64,000 bases of DNA from Sphagnum compactum (lineage: Eukaryota): the NCBI GenBank assembly GCA_965153455.1, contig OZ234493.1:31176213-31240212 (forward strand), given 5' to 3'. Positions 48,092 through 61,230 of the stretch are shown here, one piece after another. The notes below the pieces were generated by a model. It searched no databases, was not told the DNA's origin, and saw nothing but the letters and a program-made list of their open reading frames with translations. A program made the position numbers and the translations under genes. Every line of letters starts with the position of its first letter. Within the stretch, counting starts at the first letter, position 1.

Positions 48092-50557
48092 ATGATATCT
48101 TGTGCACCCTTGAAATGAATCTTCCAAGCATAACTGCCTTGCTTCCTGCCACTACTCACCTACATGGATACCTTTACCACTATCTTGTCTTTTGCAATTT
48201 TTTTTAAATACCTTTTCAAAACCTTCACCTCCTTTACAAGGCACTTTTTTTTTTTTTTCCCAAACATGAGGGAGGTGAACTAGCAATCTTCCAAAAGAGG
48301 AATTAGCCAAGCTTGGCTATAGGTTAGAGAGCCAAGTAGAATTTTTTTTGGAAAACCCCACTATATTCAAGTGACATCCTAGAAGCTAAAGTTTAAATCT
48401 GGCAAATTCAACTTTTTTTTCTTTCTAAATATGGCAATTTTACACCATTGCAAAAAATATCTTCTAAGGATTGAGAATTCCTTTTTTTGATTGCCAAGTG
48501 ATGAGAATTCTCCCAAAAACAAAACATTGCTCCTTTACCATTATATTTACCTCTTTTTCACATAAATTATTTTTCACAATGAAACCAAATGATTATAAAA
48601 TTATTAATTAATATGAAAATTTACATTAAAAGATCAGTAATTAAAAGTTTTAAATGATCATAAAATTCTAAAATATAGAATTTTTATCAAAGTAAAATAT
48701 AAATATGAATTTAAATTATAATTTTTAAAAATTCTCACTATATAACCTTGGCTTAATCTAGAGCTTTTTTTCCTTGGTCACAAGGTTCTAGTTATTGCAT
48801 TTTCTAGTTATTACATTACTTTCCATCATCCAACAGACTTTTAAAATAAAATAAAAATAAAAATTTACCCACATTGGATTTTCAAATTTGTGAAATTGAT
48901 GGAATTATATTTAAGAGTGCTCCTCCCCACATATGTGTACTTAATACATGACCATGGACCTACCCATAAGCAAATATGACATGTTTCATACTATACATGG
49001 CCTCCATTTTATTCAATTTTCGTAAAATAAATTTGATTTCAAAATGACTACCTTGGCACACGGGCCTAAAAAAGCCCATCATCAGCAAAATTCTTATTAG
49101 AGGAAAAGACATCTCGAGGTACAAGTTCATTTACATGTTGAAGGTTGGAGCCCTAAGGAATTAGTGCAATGTGAATGGATGAAAAATGCTCTGTAAAATC
49201 ATTTTGAATAATGTTTCATGGTCTAACAACCTTCATGCCAGGCCCAACTATTTGAGGTGGGCATGTGTTAGACCATGAGCCCAAAAAGCCATGATAAAAT
49301 TTTATTTTTGTTGTTCCCATTGTGTTCCCATTGAAGTTCTCACTAGGTTCTCAATGTGTTCCCCAACATGTTCCCAATAGCTCCTCACTATATCCTATAT
49401 TTTGCCCTAAGTTCTATTCTTGAAAACCTATATACCAAAACCAAATGGAGGAGATTACAACATATCTTTATCACCATAGCCACTGTCAAGGGGGCCTAAG
49501 AGCAAGGAATAAGGATTTGATCACATGTGTCACAAGGTGACCTAAAGTTTTGAAAATGTGTGTGACAAACTATTTGAAAAAAATATGTAGTATTCAAACA
49601 TTGAATGACCACATATTACCTTGGATTTGGATGATTTACAATAATCATGCTTTAGTGTTTTCACACACTAATTCATGTGAAAAAAATAATAGTAGACAAA
49701 TTTGATCAAACTTCTTGCATCATGAAAAGTATTGTAGCTTAGCCAAGGTTGACACATTAAACATGTATTCTCAATTGGTTTGAGCCTTTGAAAGTCCAAT
49801 GTGATGGGTACCACTGGTGAACAACAACCAAATTCAAGGATTGGAAGCAAAGAAAAACCCTTGTTGACAAACTTCATTTTCAGAAGTAGGAAAGTGTCGA
49901 GTTGCTTCACTTTTGGAACCAAATTTTCTCGTGATTTGTTTTTTTGGGGTTCAATTTCCTAGGTGGGGAGACTTGGACTTTTTGATAGTTCATGTAATAC
50001 AGATAATTCTACGAAATTTTTAAACAATCTTATAGTTTTAGCCTTGTCAAAGAGAAGGGCTTGAGATGACGGTTTGTATAACAATTTGGAACATGTATAG
50101 AAATTTGATGATTTTTCTTAAAAATTTTGTCAACTTCTGGCTATTGAAAATCTCCCAAAAAAATTGATTTTTCACTTTTTAATTTAGTATAGCTTTTTGG
50201 CTATATATAGCCAGCCAAAAAAAAAAAGGCTAGTCTGCACCTAGTTTTAGGAATTGTGTCCTAGGGCCCTTATTTTGGGAATGCCCTCACCTATGGGCTT
50301 TACCCATCAAAAAGCACAAGGTACATGTTGTCATGGACTTCATCATACGTAGACTACAAGGCTCATATCACACATGAGTTTATGGCAATTGGACCCTGTG
50401 ATTCAAAATCCCATGAATTCCTTCCATACTATGGAAATCATGAAATGCATTTTGAGTGGGCTTGAGCTCTTGTGTGAAGTGAGAATAAAGCATGTTGAGA
50501 GACCTTTGCACACATTTTAATTCACCACAAACTTACCCTTTCTGAAAACATTCTAAA

Positions 50558-50715
50558 TTTTATTTGGAATACAACCACGAACTCCGCTAACAAGAGTAAC
50601 CCTCAAAGTCAGTCCACCTACAAGACTTTCACCTACTCACCAGCTGGTTTGAACCTTGGACCTTTTTCATACCATACAAGGTTCCTACTTTGTACCATTG
50701 GAGCCATCATCCCCA
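50558..50715 (-). mobile_element. tRNA-derived SINE related to the 34826-35043 element
   Basis: Minus strand reads 'ggggatgatggctccaatggtaca...gaaaaaggtccaaggttcaaaccagctggtg...tgaaagtc'. It shares the A-box, B-box and linker motifs with the first SINE. Confidence 0.6.
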
Positions 50716-53700
50716 ATGGTCATCCATTTTAATTTGCAAGCATTCCTTAGGTCAACTCAAAGCCAAGTTGCAATCCCATAGCCTTTTCCTCCAATTAATC
50801 ACTTCATGGTCCAAGGGTTCTCAACTCTAAGTGTGAACTCCCCCTTAGACTTTATCCATGGCATACTCAAAAATTCTAAGGAAGTTTCATCCTTGAAGAC
50901 TTAGGGGTACACTTTAATTGGTTGCAACTTGCAAATTGTCAATCAAAATGTAGTTGTGGTGGGGTGAACATGTGTACTTAAATCAAATATCCTAATTTAA
51001 GGTTTTACCAAAAGAATTGAATTTATGATCCCAGAATGGACCTATCTATCACCCATCCTAATTAAAGGTTTGTCCAAAAGGACCCAAGTTGTCAGCTTCA
51101 TGGGCTTATTGCATGGATGATCGGTTGCTTACAAACTGGATAGTCTGACATTTTTCCCTCCACAAAATGGGGAGGTTGGTCATCTGCATCATGTAGGTGG
51201 TTCTTTGACGGTGGAGCACACTTGGTCTGATTCTTGAAATACCATAGCCTACCACATCAAAAAATGTATTTATTTATTTCAAAAAATATATTTCGTTCTT
51301 AATTTTTTGAATAGTATCGTTTCATCATCCACAATTAAAACGAATATCGAATAATTTCAATACTCATATGAGATATTGTCATATGAGTATTGAAATTATT
51401 CGAATCATAGCCTATGATAATTCTCAATACCTTAGCTTGATATTTTTCAAAAAAAAATTGTTGCAATAGAGTTATCCATAAAGTTTCACTATTAGGGGGC
51501 GAGAGCAGCCAGTTTCGGCATAATAGGGCATCAAACCCAGAACTGGGAATGAAAATTTTACAAAGCAAAATAACTGGGACCCAAACTAGTTTTCCCAACA
51601 GTTTCATCCTGTCTTTCCTTTTTCCTGAGCACAGACACTGTACAAGTACTATAATTAGTCTCCAACCTTCTGCATTAAATGCTGAGTTTCGGCATTTTCA
51701 TACTGAGATTTAGTAAAATTTCATTACTTTGCGGACACCACTGAAAGAGGGGATAGGGGGTGAAAACAGGCCCAAAGACAGGGTGAAGAGCCGGTGATTT
51801 CCTTGGTAACTCTAATATCTGAAGGATGATTTGATGATGAAGCTGACCCAAGAGTAATGGGGCGGGTCGTTTGACCCATAGATTTCGGCTGAAAACATTT
51901 GGACCATGAAAATGAAGGTTGTCAATATCCTGAGTGTCTTGGCCCACGATGTAGGCCATTTTACCTCACAATGTTTGACCCTTTGGTTTATGACTTGTAG
52001 TTACACACAAGGATGCACTTGGTATTTCCACAACCAGCTGACCCAATCCTGAAGGAAGTAAGAACTATGGAACAATCATGTCCTCGGTCATTTGTGTTTC
52101 GTGCATTGCCAACATTGCCAAATTATGTTGGGCAAGGTGCTAGCAAGGTGCTAGCGATCATCCCAACATAATGGACAAAGTGAAGACCATTCCAGGGCAT
52201 GAGGGTCTGGGATGGCAAGAGATTCAACGAACTTTTTTAAAAATGCGAGTTCAACAAGAGAGATTCTTTTTTTGAATAATAAATATGGGGGTCAAGTGGG
52301 GATAAGAACCAAAGAAACATGGGTTACAACCTTGAATTTGTTGGACTTCTAAACATTTGAATTGCACATTCATTGAACTCATCGAGGGTCTCTAAGTATA
52401 AATTCAACACTTTTAGGATTTAATATTAGCCTTTCGAAGGCTTCACTCAAGAAAGTCAAGGTACCAATTCAACGTGTAGGTGATGCAAGGTGTTATACTC
52501 CCCCATTGAAGTTCACCACATTGATGTCATTTTGTGCGTTGCATGACTTTGCACAAAACCGTGTGATTGATCATATTTTGATGTTTGACATGTTCTACAA
52601 CTCCTCATGGAATTCAGACCCATGTGTGCACAAAAGTATCACTAGCCTACTTCGTGAAACAAGTGGATTCAATTTTGTATATATATTTCACTTTTCAAGT
52701 TATTAGTCAAACCCGTGCACAAAATCATGCAAGGAATCACAATCCATTTTGTACACCCAATTAAGCAAAGTTCAATGGGTGTGTTTACCATTCTCCATAG
52801 GTGATGGTTCACCTCGACCAACAAGGACATTTAAAAAGTTAAGTTTGATGACTAACAAGGACATTCTAAATGTTTGTTTAACGACCAACACAGACCCAAG
52901 GTTTTTTTAAAAATCAAGTTTGTGATGTAACGAAACTGGTGATTACCCACAAGATAATTTAGCCAAATCTGGCTATAGAGAAAATATGAAAGTTGAAAAC
53001 CTCAAGAATCTGTTTATGTTTTGGCTACCTGCTGGAATCTGGCATAGATATCTAGTGAAAGTTTGATTTATTGTGTTTGAAAACTGGCAAATTAGGGCCA
53101 TTTTTTTCAGAAAAATCTTTTACATTTGCCAAAATCATATTTCCCAGGTTGAAAAACAGCGAAAATTTCCAGGAAAAAAAGATTGCACATACCCATCTAA
53201 AGATTTGTTTGAATTCTTTTGTGTGAGACTAGACTTTGTGAAGGAAGGTTAGATTTTGTTGTTTTAATAATTTAATTATAATCAAAATTGGCAAAACCTC
53301 TCTATGGATGATTGTCATCTTGGCTACATTACAAATTTGGTTTAGAGACACTGATTGGGAACTCAAATTATGTTCACAGTTATATCTGCACATTCTGAAA
53401 GTTGGGTTTTGTACCCAACACCCAACATAGTATAGGTGCTTTATGTGTATCCCAAATTTCAGCAAGAAATATTTTTTTATTCAAAAAACATTCAAAAGAA
53501 TGTGTTCTTAAATATGGAATAATAAAAGTCAGCTACCCTATGTCCATGCAATAAGCTTACTAAAGGCTAGAGGCTTGGAGTCATCACTCTAAAGCTACCT
53601 TCAGACCTGATGTTATCTTGCACTACCAATTTCCAAATTCAAGAATATCACAATCTTTAGGGTACATATCCATGAAGGGGTCAGCCACCTATTATTTGAC

Positions 53701-54699
53701 CTTATACACTAAGATCAAATTAATGGGGATTGTGATTCCATCACATTCAAAAAATTTAAAATCCAAAGGATCCAAAGGATCCAAAGAAATTCAAAAATCC
53801 AACTAACCTTAAAGGGTAGAGATGTATTTTTTAGGTTGCAACACCCTTCAGCTTGCAAAATGTCCCAAAACAAAGGGAAATTTTCCACAACCTTTCCAAA
53901 GAAAATAAAATTATATTGTACTAAGGAACATTGTTTATTTCTTTTGTTTACATACTTGTCATGAGATTGAAATGCCCCTCCCCCCCCACCCCCAATCATG
54001 CTCTTGGTATGGTTGAAAATTGCTTTGATGGGCAGGTGTACCAAGCTGATTTTCTAAAGTTTGGACATATGGTGCAAAGAGTTATTGAATATTGAACAAT
54101 TTTGTAAAAGAAAATTCCAAAAAATCAAAACTAAAAATTTTAAGGAAATTGAGGCCAACTTTTGATATTGATAAAAAAGCCCTTGATGAGTGAGAGTCCT
54201 TGGAGATGATTTCATAATTTTTAAACCTAATATGTGGGAGATACTAAATTTTGAGTTACTTTTCTCATTCAAAATTCAATTTTCCCTTTCAAAATTCATA
54301 CAATTAAGTCAATAGCACAAGCCACATTAGGCACAATTTTAATTGGCTTGCACTATTTGTCTTAAGTTTCAAAAAGGGTTTTTGAATCAGCAAGATATTC
54401 AATGTTACATTTTCGAAAGATTTAGTGCACGTTTTCAAACATAACTTAATTAATTCTGAAAAAGTGTAGTTTTTAAAAATTCTGCAATTCATGAAAATGG
54501 TATTGAAAATTAAATTTGAACATGTAATTTCCAAGGGATATTATTGTAATTTTTATAATTAAGTATGTTTAACATTCTATTATTTCATAGCATACAGAAA
54601 AATACCCATTTATTTCGTGCGGCTCCTTGTAGTAGATATTAAGGCCTCATAATCATCCACACGAGCAAAGGAAAGGCTATTGTGCAAGCAGTTTACATC

Positions 54700-56020
54700 A
54701 TTGATATCGAGGGTACACAATTGGAAGAAGATTAAGGGCAAAGATTAAACAATCGAGTTGCCTATCAAGCTAGACAAAGGGGACCATTCTTTGAAGAAGG
54801 GGCTTGCCACAATATGAAGATTGTGTGTTGGCATTGCAATGTTTTTCATTGGATGGCAAAGAAGCCAGCAAACAATCCTTTTGCAAATCTATTATTTCAT
54901 AAGTGTGTTGTCTCAAGGAAAACTTTGATTCTTGTTACTTAGACAATCACGTGCATTACAATAATTGTTTGATGGAGATGATATGGTTCCAAAGGAATTT
55001 CATGATAACATATGACGATGCTACAATGTATTTGCTTTTATATGCGCGTCAATCAAGTTCACACATTGGGCCCTAGACCATTTTGTTTCCATGTCCATGA
55101 AAGATTGACTGGGCACAAATGTGGTGCTTTGTTACATGAACCCAATAAACAACCAATACTTATGCAACTATATGTATATGACATGAATGAAACCCTACAA
55201 GCTCAAATGTGAGGAAATTCAAAAGTGCACCCAAATACACTGTTGACGTTGCACCTTCTACTTCAATATAAACGTTTTGTTATTATGAAAACAAGATTAT
55301 GAAACCTCACATGAGGAATAAGGACGAGGGCAATGATCATCTACATTTGGCAATGCATCTACATTTCTAACATGGAAGAGATGCTTGATGATATATAACC
55401 TTCCTCAAACCAATGAAATAGCAATTTTTTTGCCTAAACATGAAGAGTTTCCAAATGCACGTCATGACATAATGATGTACTTGTGAGGAGGTGCATTGCA
55501 TTGCACTAGCGAATACCATACTTCATGCTTGTTACATTGCATCTTCTTTTCCCTTATGTTGAATTAGAATGCTACCCAAATATCCCACTTGTCATACATG
55601 TGCATCACAAAATACATAATTCAAATAAAAATTTTCTCATATCATTTGCATCCAAAAACTAAGGAATATTTATAATACATCATGCTAAAAATGTATTCCA
55701 TGAGTTTATGGTTGATGCTAGAAAAATAACAAAGTGTTTACTTTATTACATTGAATAGAAATGATTCAAAGCAACATTGAGACCCAATGTATATCAAAGC
55801 CTTGCAGATACAATTTAGGGGATGCCACAAATGAAAAAATAAAACTTCAAAATATTGGACATAGGGTTATCTTGATCATTTGTGCGTAACTTTCACTGTT
55901 CATGTTTGAGATCTTTCAAGATTCCATGGCCATCACTTGATATTTCAAGCACCATGACATATTTGGAACAATGACTGCAAACCTTGAGTGACTTGAGATC
56001 TCAACTAGATTATTGTCCTT
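54700..56020 (+). mobile_element. Degenerate canonical Helitron Rep/helicase N-terminal region
   Basis: Fragments include 'MKIVCWHCNVFHW' (Zn-knuckle-like), 'EFHDNI..YNVFAF', 'GPRPFCFHVH...HKCGALL...QLYVYD', 'LRPNVYQSLAD' and 'FQDSMAIT*YFKHHDIFGTMTAN'. These fit the Helitron_like_N region. Many stops. Confidence 0.8.
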
Positions 56021-56482
56021 GGAATGTGTTTTTAGCTATCCATGCATGGTCACCTATAAAAAGTTGCCTTTCATTTTGTACATAGCCCTTCATTTGCAAG
56101 AATTTAGTTTTTACAAGGCTCATCCTGATGAATTGTTCAATGTATACTACTAATGTGGCCTATGCCACTAGCCCAAGAGTGAACTTGTTATCTAACTAAT
56201 TGAATTTGAAATTTGAGGTTTTTATTGAATTTCCAATGACAAAAATTACTCAAAATTCAGCACAAAATACATAACCAGCAAGAGGCAATAAGCTTGTATC
56301 ATAGTGGAAACTGAAAAATCCAAATCCTGACAGCTCCTGCTTTGGAATCACAAGGGATACAAGATTGGAGTTGTCTGGTGGGGAGCTTGGAACCAATTTT
56401 TCCGAGCATGACCTCAGAGACTGAGGCTTAAGCCTAAATTCAAGCCTGGGTATAGACAAAAACTAGAATCCTACTACTGTAG

Positions 56483-56760
56483 AAGAATCATTCTTTTGCT
56501 TTTGACAAAGAGACAAAGCTTGAAGAATCATTCTTCTTTCTTCTAATCAAAAAGAGATCAAAGCTTGAAGAATCCTTACTCTTCCTCTGACCAAAAAGAT
56601 CAAAGAATCATTCTTTTGCTTTTGACAAAGAGACAAAGCTTGAAGATCATTCTTCTTTCTTCTAATCAAAAAGAGATCAAAGCTTGAAGAATCCTTACTC
56701 TTCCTCTGACCAAAAAGATCAAAGCTTGAGGAATCATTCATCTTCTTCTGACAAAGAGAC
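56483..56760. repeat. ~120-bp near-exact tandem duplication made of ~40-bp subunits
   Basis: 'aagaatcattcttttgcttttgacaaagagacaaagcttgaag...ctgaccaaaaagatcaaag' occurs twice, plus a partial copy. Confidence 0.85.
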
Positions 56761-56989
56761 CCCTAACATAAGGTTAAAAATGTAAAATCTTTAAGGGCTC
56801 CAACACATGTACATGCATCAGCTCACAGGAATAGTGTCTGTGTGCAAGGTAAAGTTCCAAAGACAATGTTTGCATGAATGACAAAATAGATGCAACCATT
56901 TCCACCTTGACAATGAAATAAACAACTGCCCTAATTCCTAACTTTCACCTCACATAAAAGGCAATGCATGAAAGGTTACAGTTCAAATA

Positions 56990-57387
56990 CCCAAGGAACA
57001 AGATCACATGCTCCCCAGCAGCCCTTGTATGGTCAAAAGCCTTCTGATCAGTGATTCAACTCCAACAGGACAACCCCAAAACTGCACACATCTGACTTCA
57101 ATGTCAGCTGACCAGTTGTGGCACATTGAGGTGCACAGTATCCATAGGGGCCCATGACATATGTGGAGATATGACTGTTATCCCCAACAGATCCAAGAGT
57201 GACCAGGCCAAAATCAGACAACTTGGGATGGAACCCTTCATCCACAAGAATGTTTGAGGGCTTGTATCTCTGGTATATCACAGGTGGGCTTGCCTTGTCA
57301 TGCAGGTACTCCAACCCTCTTGCTGTCCCTGCAGCAATCTTCATCCTTGTGTTTCAACCCAAAGCCTCCTTGTCTGGCAGCAGATCT
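56990..57387 (-). pseudogene. Single-exon fragment of an RLCK-VII (PBS1/PBL-like) kinase
   Basis: Translation is '[59 protein letters not shown]...GPYGYCAPQ...[14 protein letters not shown]'. It has an in-frame stop, has lost the catalytic RD motif, and has a frameshift after VLLEL. No other kinase exons were found. Confidence 0.9.
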
Positions 57388-57979
57388 GCATGCAAAAACA
57401 CAACATTCAAAACAAGTGCATTTCACCATTTTCACCATCAAATACAATGCCACAGCCCCTGCTGCAATTGCCGGTGAAAGCATTGATATTAGCCCCCCTG
57501 TAACTTGTGATATGAGCGCTAGGGAGCATATTTTGGTTGAAGTCTTCCCTCCATGCATATTGACAGAGAGTTGAATGATGTAAATTGGGACATACCACTT
57601 ATCTGAACACATGGAAAAGAAGAAAGTTGGCAACAACTGCACACATTGCAGCAGTAGCAAAGGATTTGATTGTCAACCCAACAGAGCTAGAATAATAGTA
57701 GGGTAAGTAATGGAATGATCTTCTTATGCATGGAAAGCACATGGAATTGAAAGATGCAGATCTTCTTCACCCAATTCTTCAAAACATGGGTTTCTTCTGA
57801 AGATCAAACACAAAAATCATGGAACAACCAAAACACAGTAGAATTGAAGAAGAGAGACATACATGCAAGCAAAATAGCTAATATCCTAATAAGCTCTTGT
57901 TATCCTTGGAGGATTCCCAGGTTTAGGGTTTCGGAAACTAAATTTTGACACAAACACAATCCTGCAAAGCAAGAATTGT

Positions 57980-59690
57980 ACCATCAAGCTTGGCAACTGA
58001 GAAAAATCTGGTGGTAGAGAATCTGATGTTTCATACCCATACTGGCCAACTTTGAGGCATTAAACCAAATTCTGCATAATTCACTGATAGAGGAGGATTT
58101 ATGTAATGAGGACCATAGGATCAGGTTTTGGGAGCTCAAGTGGTGGGTCACTTTTTCGGAAGGAGAAATGGAAGCCACATCATCATTGTGACAGCCAAGT
58201 TCTCCAAAGATGTTGCTTCTTTTTGGTGTGCATAACTCAGTGGCAAAGGTATACTGTAAAATATAGCAGGCATTCAGGTGCATCTGTACGATGCACAAAG
58301 TGGATGGAAGTACCACCACATAAAGACTAAAAATGTTGGCCCTTACCTACAACAGAAAGGCTCCCTCTGCCGAGATCCATATCTGAAGGCTACAGCTCTG
58401 TGCACTGACATAGTTCATTAATATCAGACCCTGAGGCAAGTAGATGACCTAAAAGGAATAGGTTACTCCACAGGGACATGAACTGCCAGAGTACTCTCTG
58501 AAATCATAGCCTGATTTTTATCCATAGTCCCAATGCCAAAGTTTGTAGTAAAAATGGTTCCACAATCTGCACTAAAACTGCCAAAACTCAAGTGTGTGCA
58601 ATCTGCTTCAGGCACCTGAAGATGACTTGGAATGACTACTGGATGTTGATACTGCATGCTACAAGACTAAAGTGAATCCACAATTCTGTCCATTTCCTCA
58701 ATTGTTCTTGGTGGAACCTGTGCATCTGTGGCCAATCAACCATTATCTGATGCTGAGGCTTTGACATTCCATTCCAACCCAGCTCCAGATGCTGCTCTTG
58801 TTCAAAATAATGACATTAAGTTCAACTTAAATGGCAATAACTCCGCTCTTGCAACCCTTCCAACTCACATGTGAAACAGGCAAGAATGCCACCTGCGATT
58901 TCCCAGAAAGTACTCTACCCATATGTTAAGCTGAAACCTTAGATGAGATAACCAGTGGCATGTGACAAAAGACTGGAAAGTTCCAAAGTTGGGAAGGAAA
59001 AACAAGTGGAAGTTTAAGGGGAGTATACCTTTCTTAGTACCCACAGGTTGTTGCTGGGATGGATATGTGGACCTGCCATTGAACTGACTTCCACCATGTC
59101 CTAGTTCAGAACTGTCAATTCCTCCTGTCTGCTAGGATTGTGATTCATTGGGCCTCCATCTTCAACAGCAGTGGCTTCCTCAGTAGCCAGGTTTTGCATT
59201 AATTGCAAATTAACAGGGTGGAGAGGGGAGGGGGTCCTTATCACCTGTGCTTCCAATCTGTTTCTACACCAGTTGGTGTTGCAACCTGTGGTGGCAACAA
59301 TCTCACAACAGGGCCTGCATCTACAGAGACAGAACTTGAAAGGTGATCTCCAACAGGTCGTTGGTTTCAACCTGTTCATACATCATGTTTGATTGCATCT
59401 TGTGCCCCAAAAGTCTGGGAATCTGACAATGGAATGGAATTCAGACTGCTCTGAAAGTGCACATCACTCCCAGCTTGTTGAAGCCAAAAGGTCTCAAAGT
59501 AGAGTTAGATGTTGAAGGTCTCCTGTGGAATCAAAAGTGGAGGAAGCTTGGGGGAATACTGTTGGAAGGGGATTCTTTGGCTTGTCACCTGGCCCTCAGG
59601 AAATGCAAACAGTTGGAGAAAGCTGAGTTTCTCCTCCTGTTAAAGCAGCCTCCTGATATAGTGATTGACAAGACAGATTACTGGCATCAC
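57980..59690 (-). pseudogene. Fragments of a GBF-interacting protein 1 (GIP1)-like gene
   Basis: 'HPVVIPSHLQVPEADCTHLSFGSF' (58463-58657 ORF) matches the conserved VIIPxHLQVPE...LSFGSF motif. Flanking exon-like blocks with splice sites are interrupted by stops. The outer extent is inferred. Confidence 0.6.
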
Positions 59691-61230
59691 CACTAGTCCA
59701 TGCACAAACAAACACCATCTTCAAAGTGATGAAACTGGCATCCCTCACATGATTGTTCTCCAACTACTTTTGAGATGAACTTTGTGGAAGTGTAGCAGTC
59801 TTCACAAACCTGTAGATTTTTCCTTCTTCAGATAGGAGTACCAGGAGCTGTGTTGATGAGTCAAATGCAATAGGCAGTTTTTCACCATGGTGATACAAAT
59901 GAAAGAGCTTTTCTTCTTCTTCGACATCATGCAGAACAAATTTCGTACAAGGCATGTTGGGCATCATGCATGAGCCCTGACAATCTCTGCAGTTCTGCAT
60001 GAATTTCAATAATCTGGGGGTGGTCTTGATCCCCTACTACAAACATATGCACCTCATTATTCACTTTAATCCAGTTGCAACCTGGCTGTCTCTTCTCACC
60101 TTCAACATTTTCACATAGATGCATGTTGCCACCAGCAGCATAGATGTTTGACAGCAGCACATAACCAGCAGCATTGTCAGGCTCCATTTCAAGAACTTGT
60201 TTGGCAATACATTCTGCCATCTCCACATCGCCATGAATTCTGCAAGCGCCAAGCAACACTATCCATGCAGCCACATGTGGTTCACAGGGCATTGCCATGA
60301 CCATATTCTCTGCCTCCTGTAGATGGCCAGGACGGTCAAAAAGGTTGACCATAGAGGTGTAATGTTCCGATTTTGCAGAAATCATATAGTCCATGGCCAT
60401 TGTAGCATAACAGTGATGCCTTCATCCACCAAACCTGCATGGGTACAAGCTGATACAAGCTGACAGAAGACAAATAAAAGTGATATCATTTGGCTGCACA
60501 CCTTCTTCACACATCCATTCAAAATGTTAGAGCTTCCTTGCCATGCCCATGCATGGCACATCCCCCATGTATGGCATCCCAAGTGACCACATCTTGAGAT
60601 GGCATCTTGTTGAACACACTCCCAGCATCCTCAATGCTCCACATTTTGCATACCTGTCAACCAAGTTACTCCCCACAAAGACATCAGACTCCAAACCACT
60701 TTGAATGATCTGCTGATGAACACATCTGCCCTCTTCAAGTGCAACCATGCTGGCACATGCATTCAACGCCCCCACAAAAGTAACAGAGTCTGGTCACACA
60801 CCCTCCTGTTGCATTTGTCGAAATAGTTCCAGTGCCTTCTGCCCTGCCCGCATTTCACATGTTCCAATACCCTGGCATTCCACGTGACCACATTTTGAGA
60901 TGGCATCTTGTTGAACACCCTCCAAGCCTCCTCAATGCTCCCACATTTTGCATACATGTCAACTAAGCTATTGCACTGAAAAACATCAGACTCACAACCA
61001 CTTTGCATGAGTTGTTCAAGTGCTCCTAAACCAGCACATGCATTAATCACCTGAACAAAAGTGAACTTGTCAGGACTCATTGCTTCATGTTGCATTTGAT
61101 GGAAAAGTTGCATTGCCTTCTCAGGTTGCCCATCCTTAACATATTTTGTAAGGTTCTGATTCCATCCAAAAATGCTCAATTGCACTATGCCTGGTGCCAT
61201 TGCAGCCATACATGCTGCCACCCATGGCAG
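59690..61230 (-). pseudogene. PLS-class PPR protein with E and DYW domains, pseudogene
   Basis: PPR motifs ('ESDVFQCNSLVDMYAKCGSIEEAWRVFNKMPSQNVVTWN'), E domain ('AWIVLLGACRIHGDV...YVLLSNIYAA') and DYW domain ('HHGEKLPIAF', 'VCEDCYTSTKFISK', 'HHFEDGVCLCMD*W*') are spread over at least 4 frames. Confidence 0.92.

Noticed and set aside
60461-60482. TGACAGAAGA resembling the 5' end of miR156
   Set aside because: Only 10 nt match, it lies antisense within PPR coding sequence, and no hairpin partner is present.
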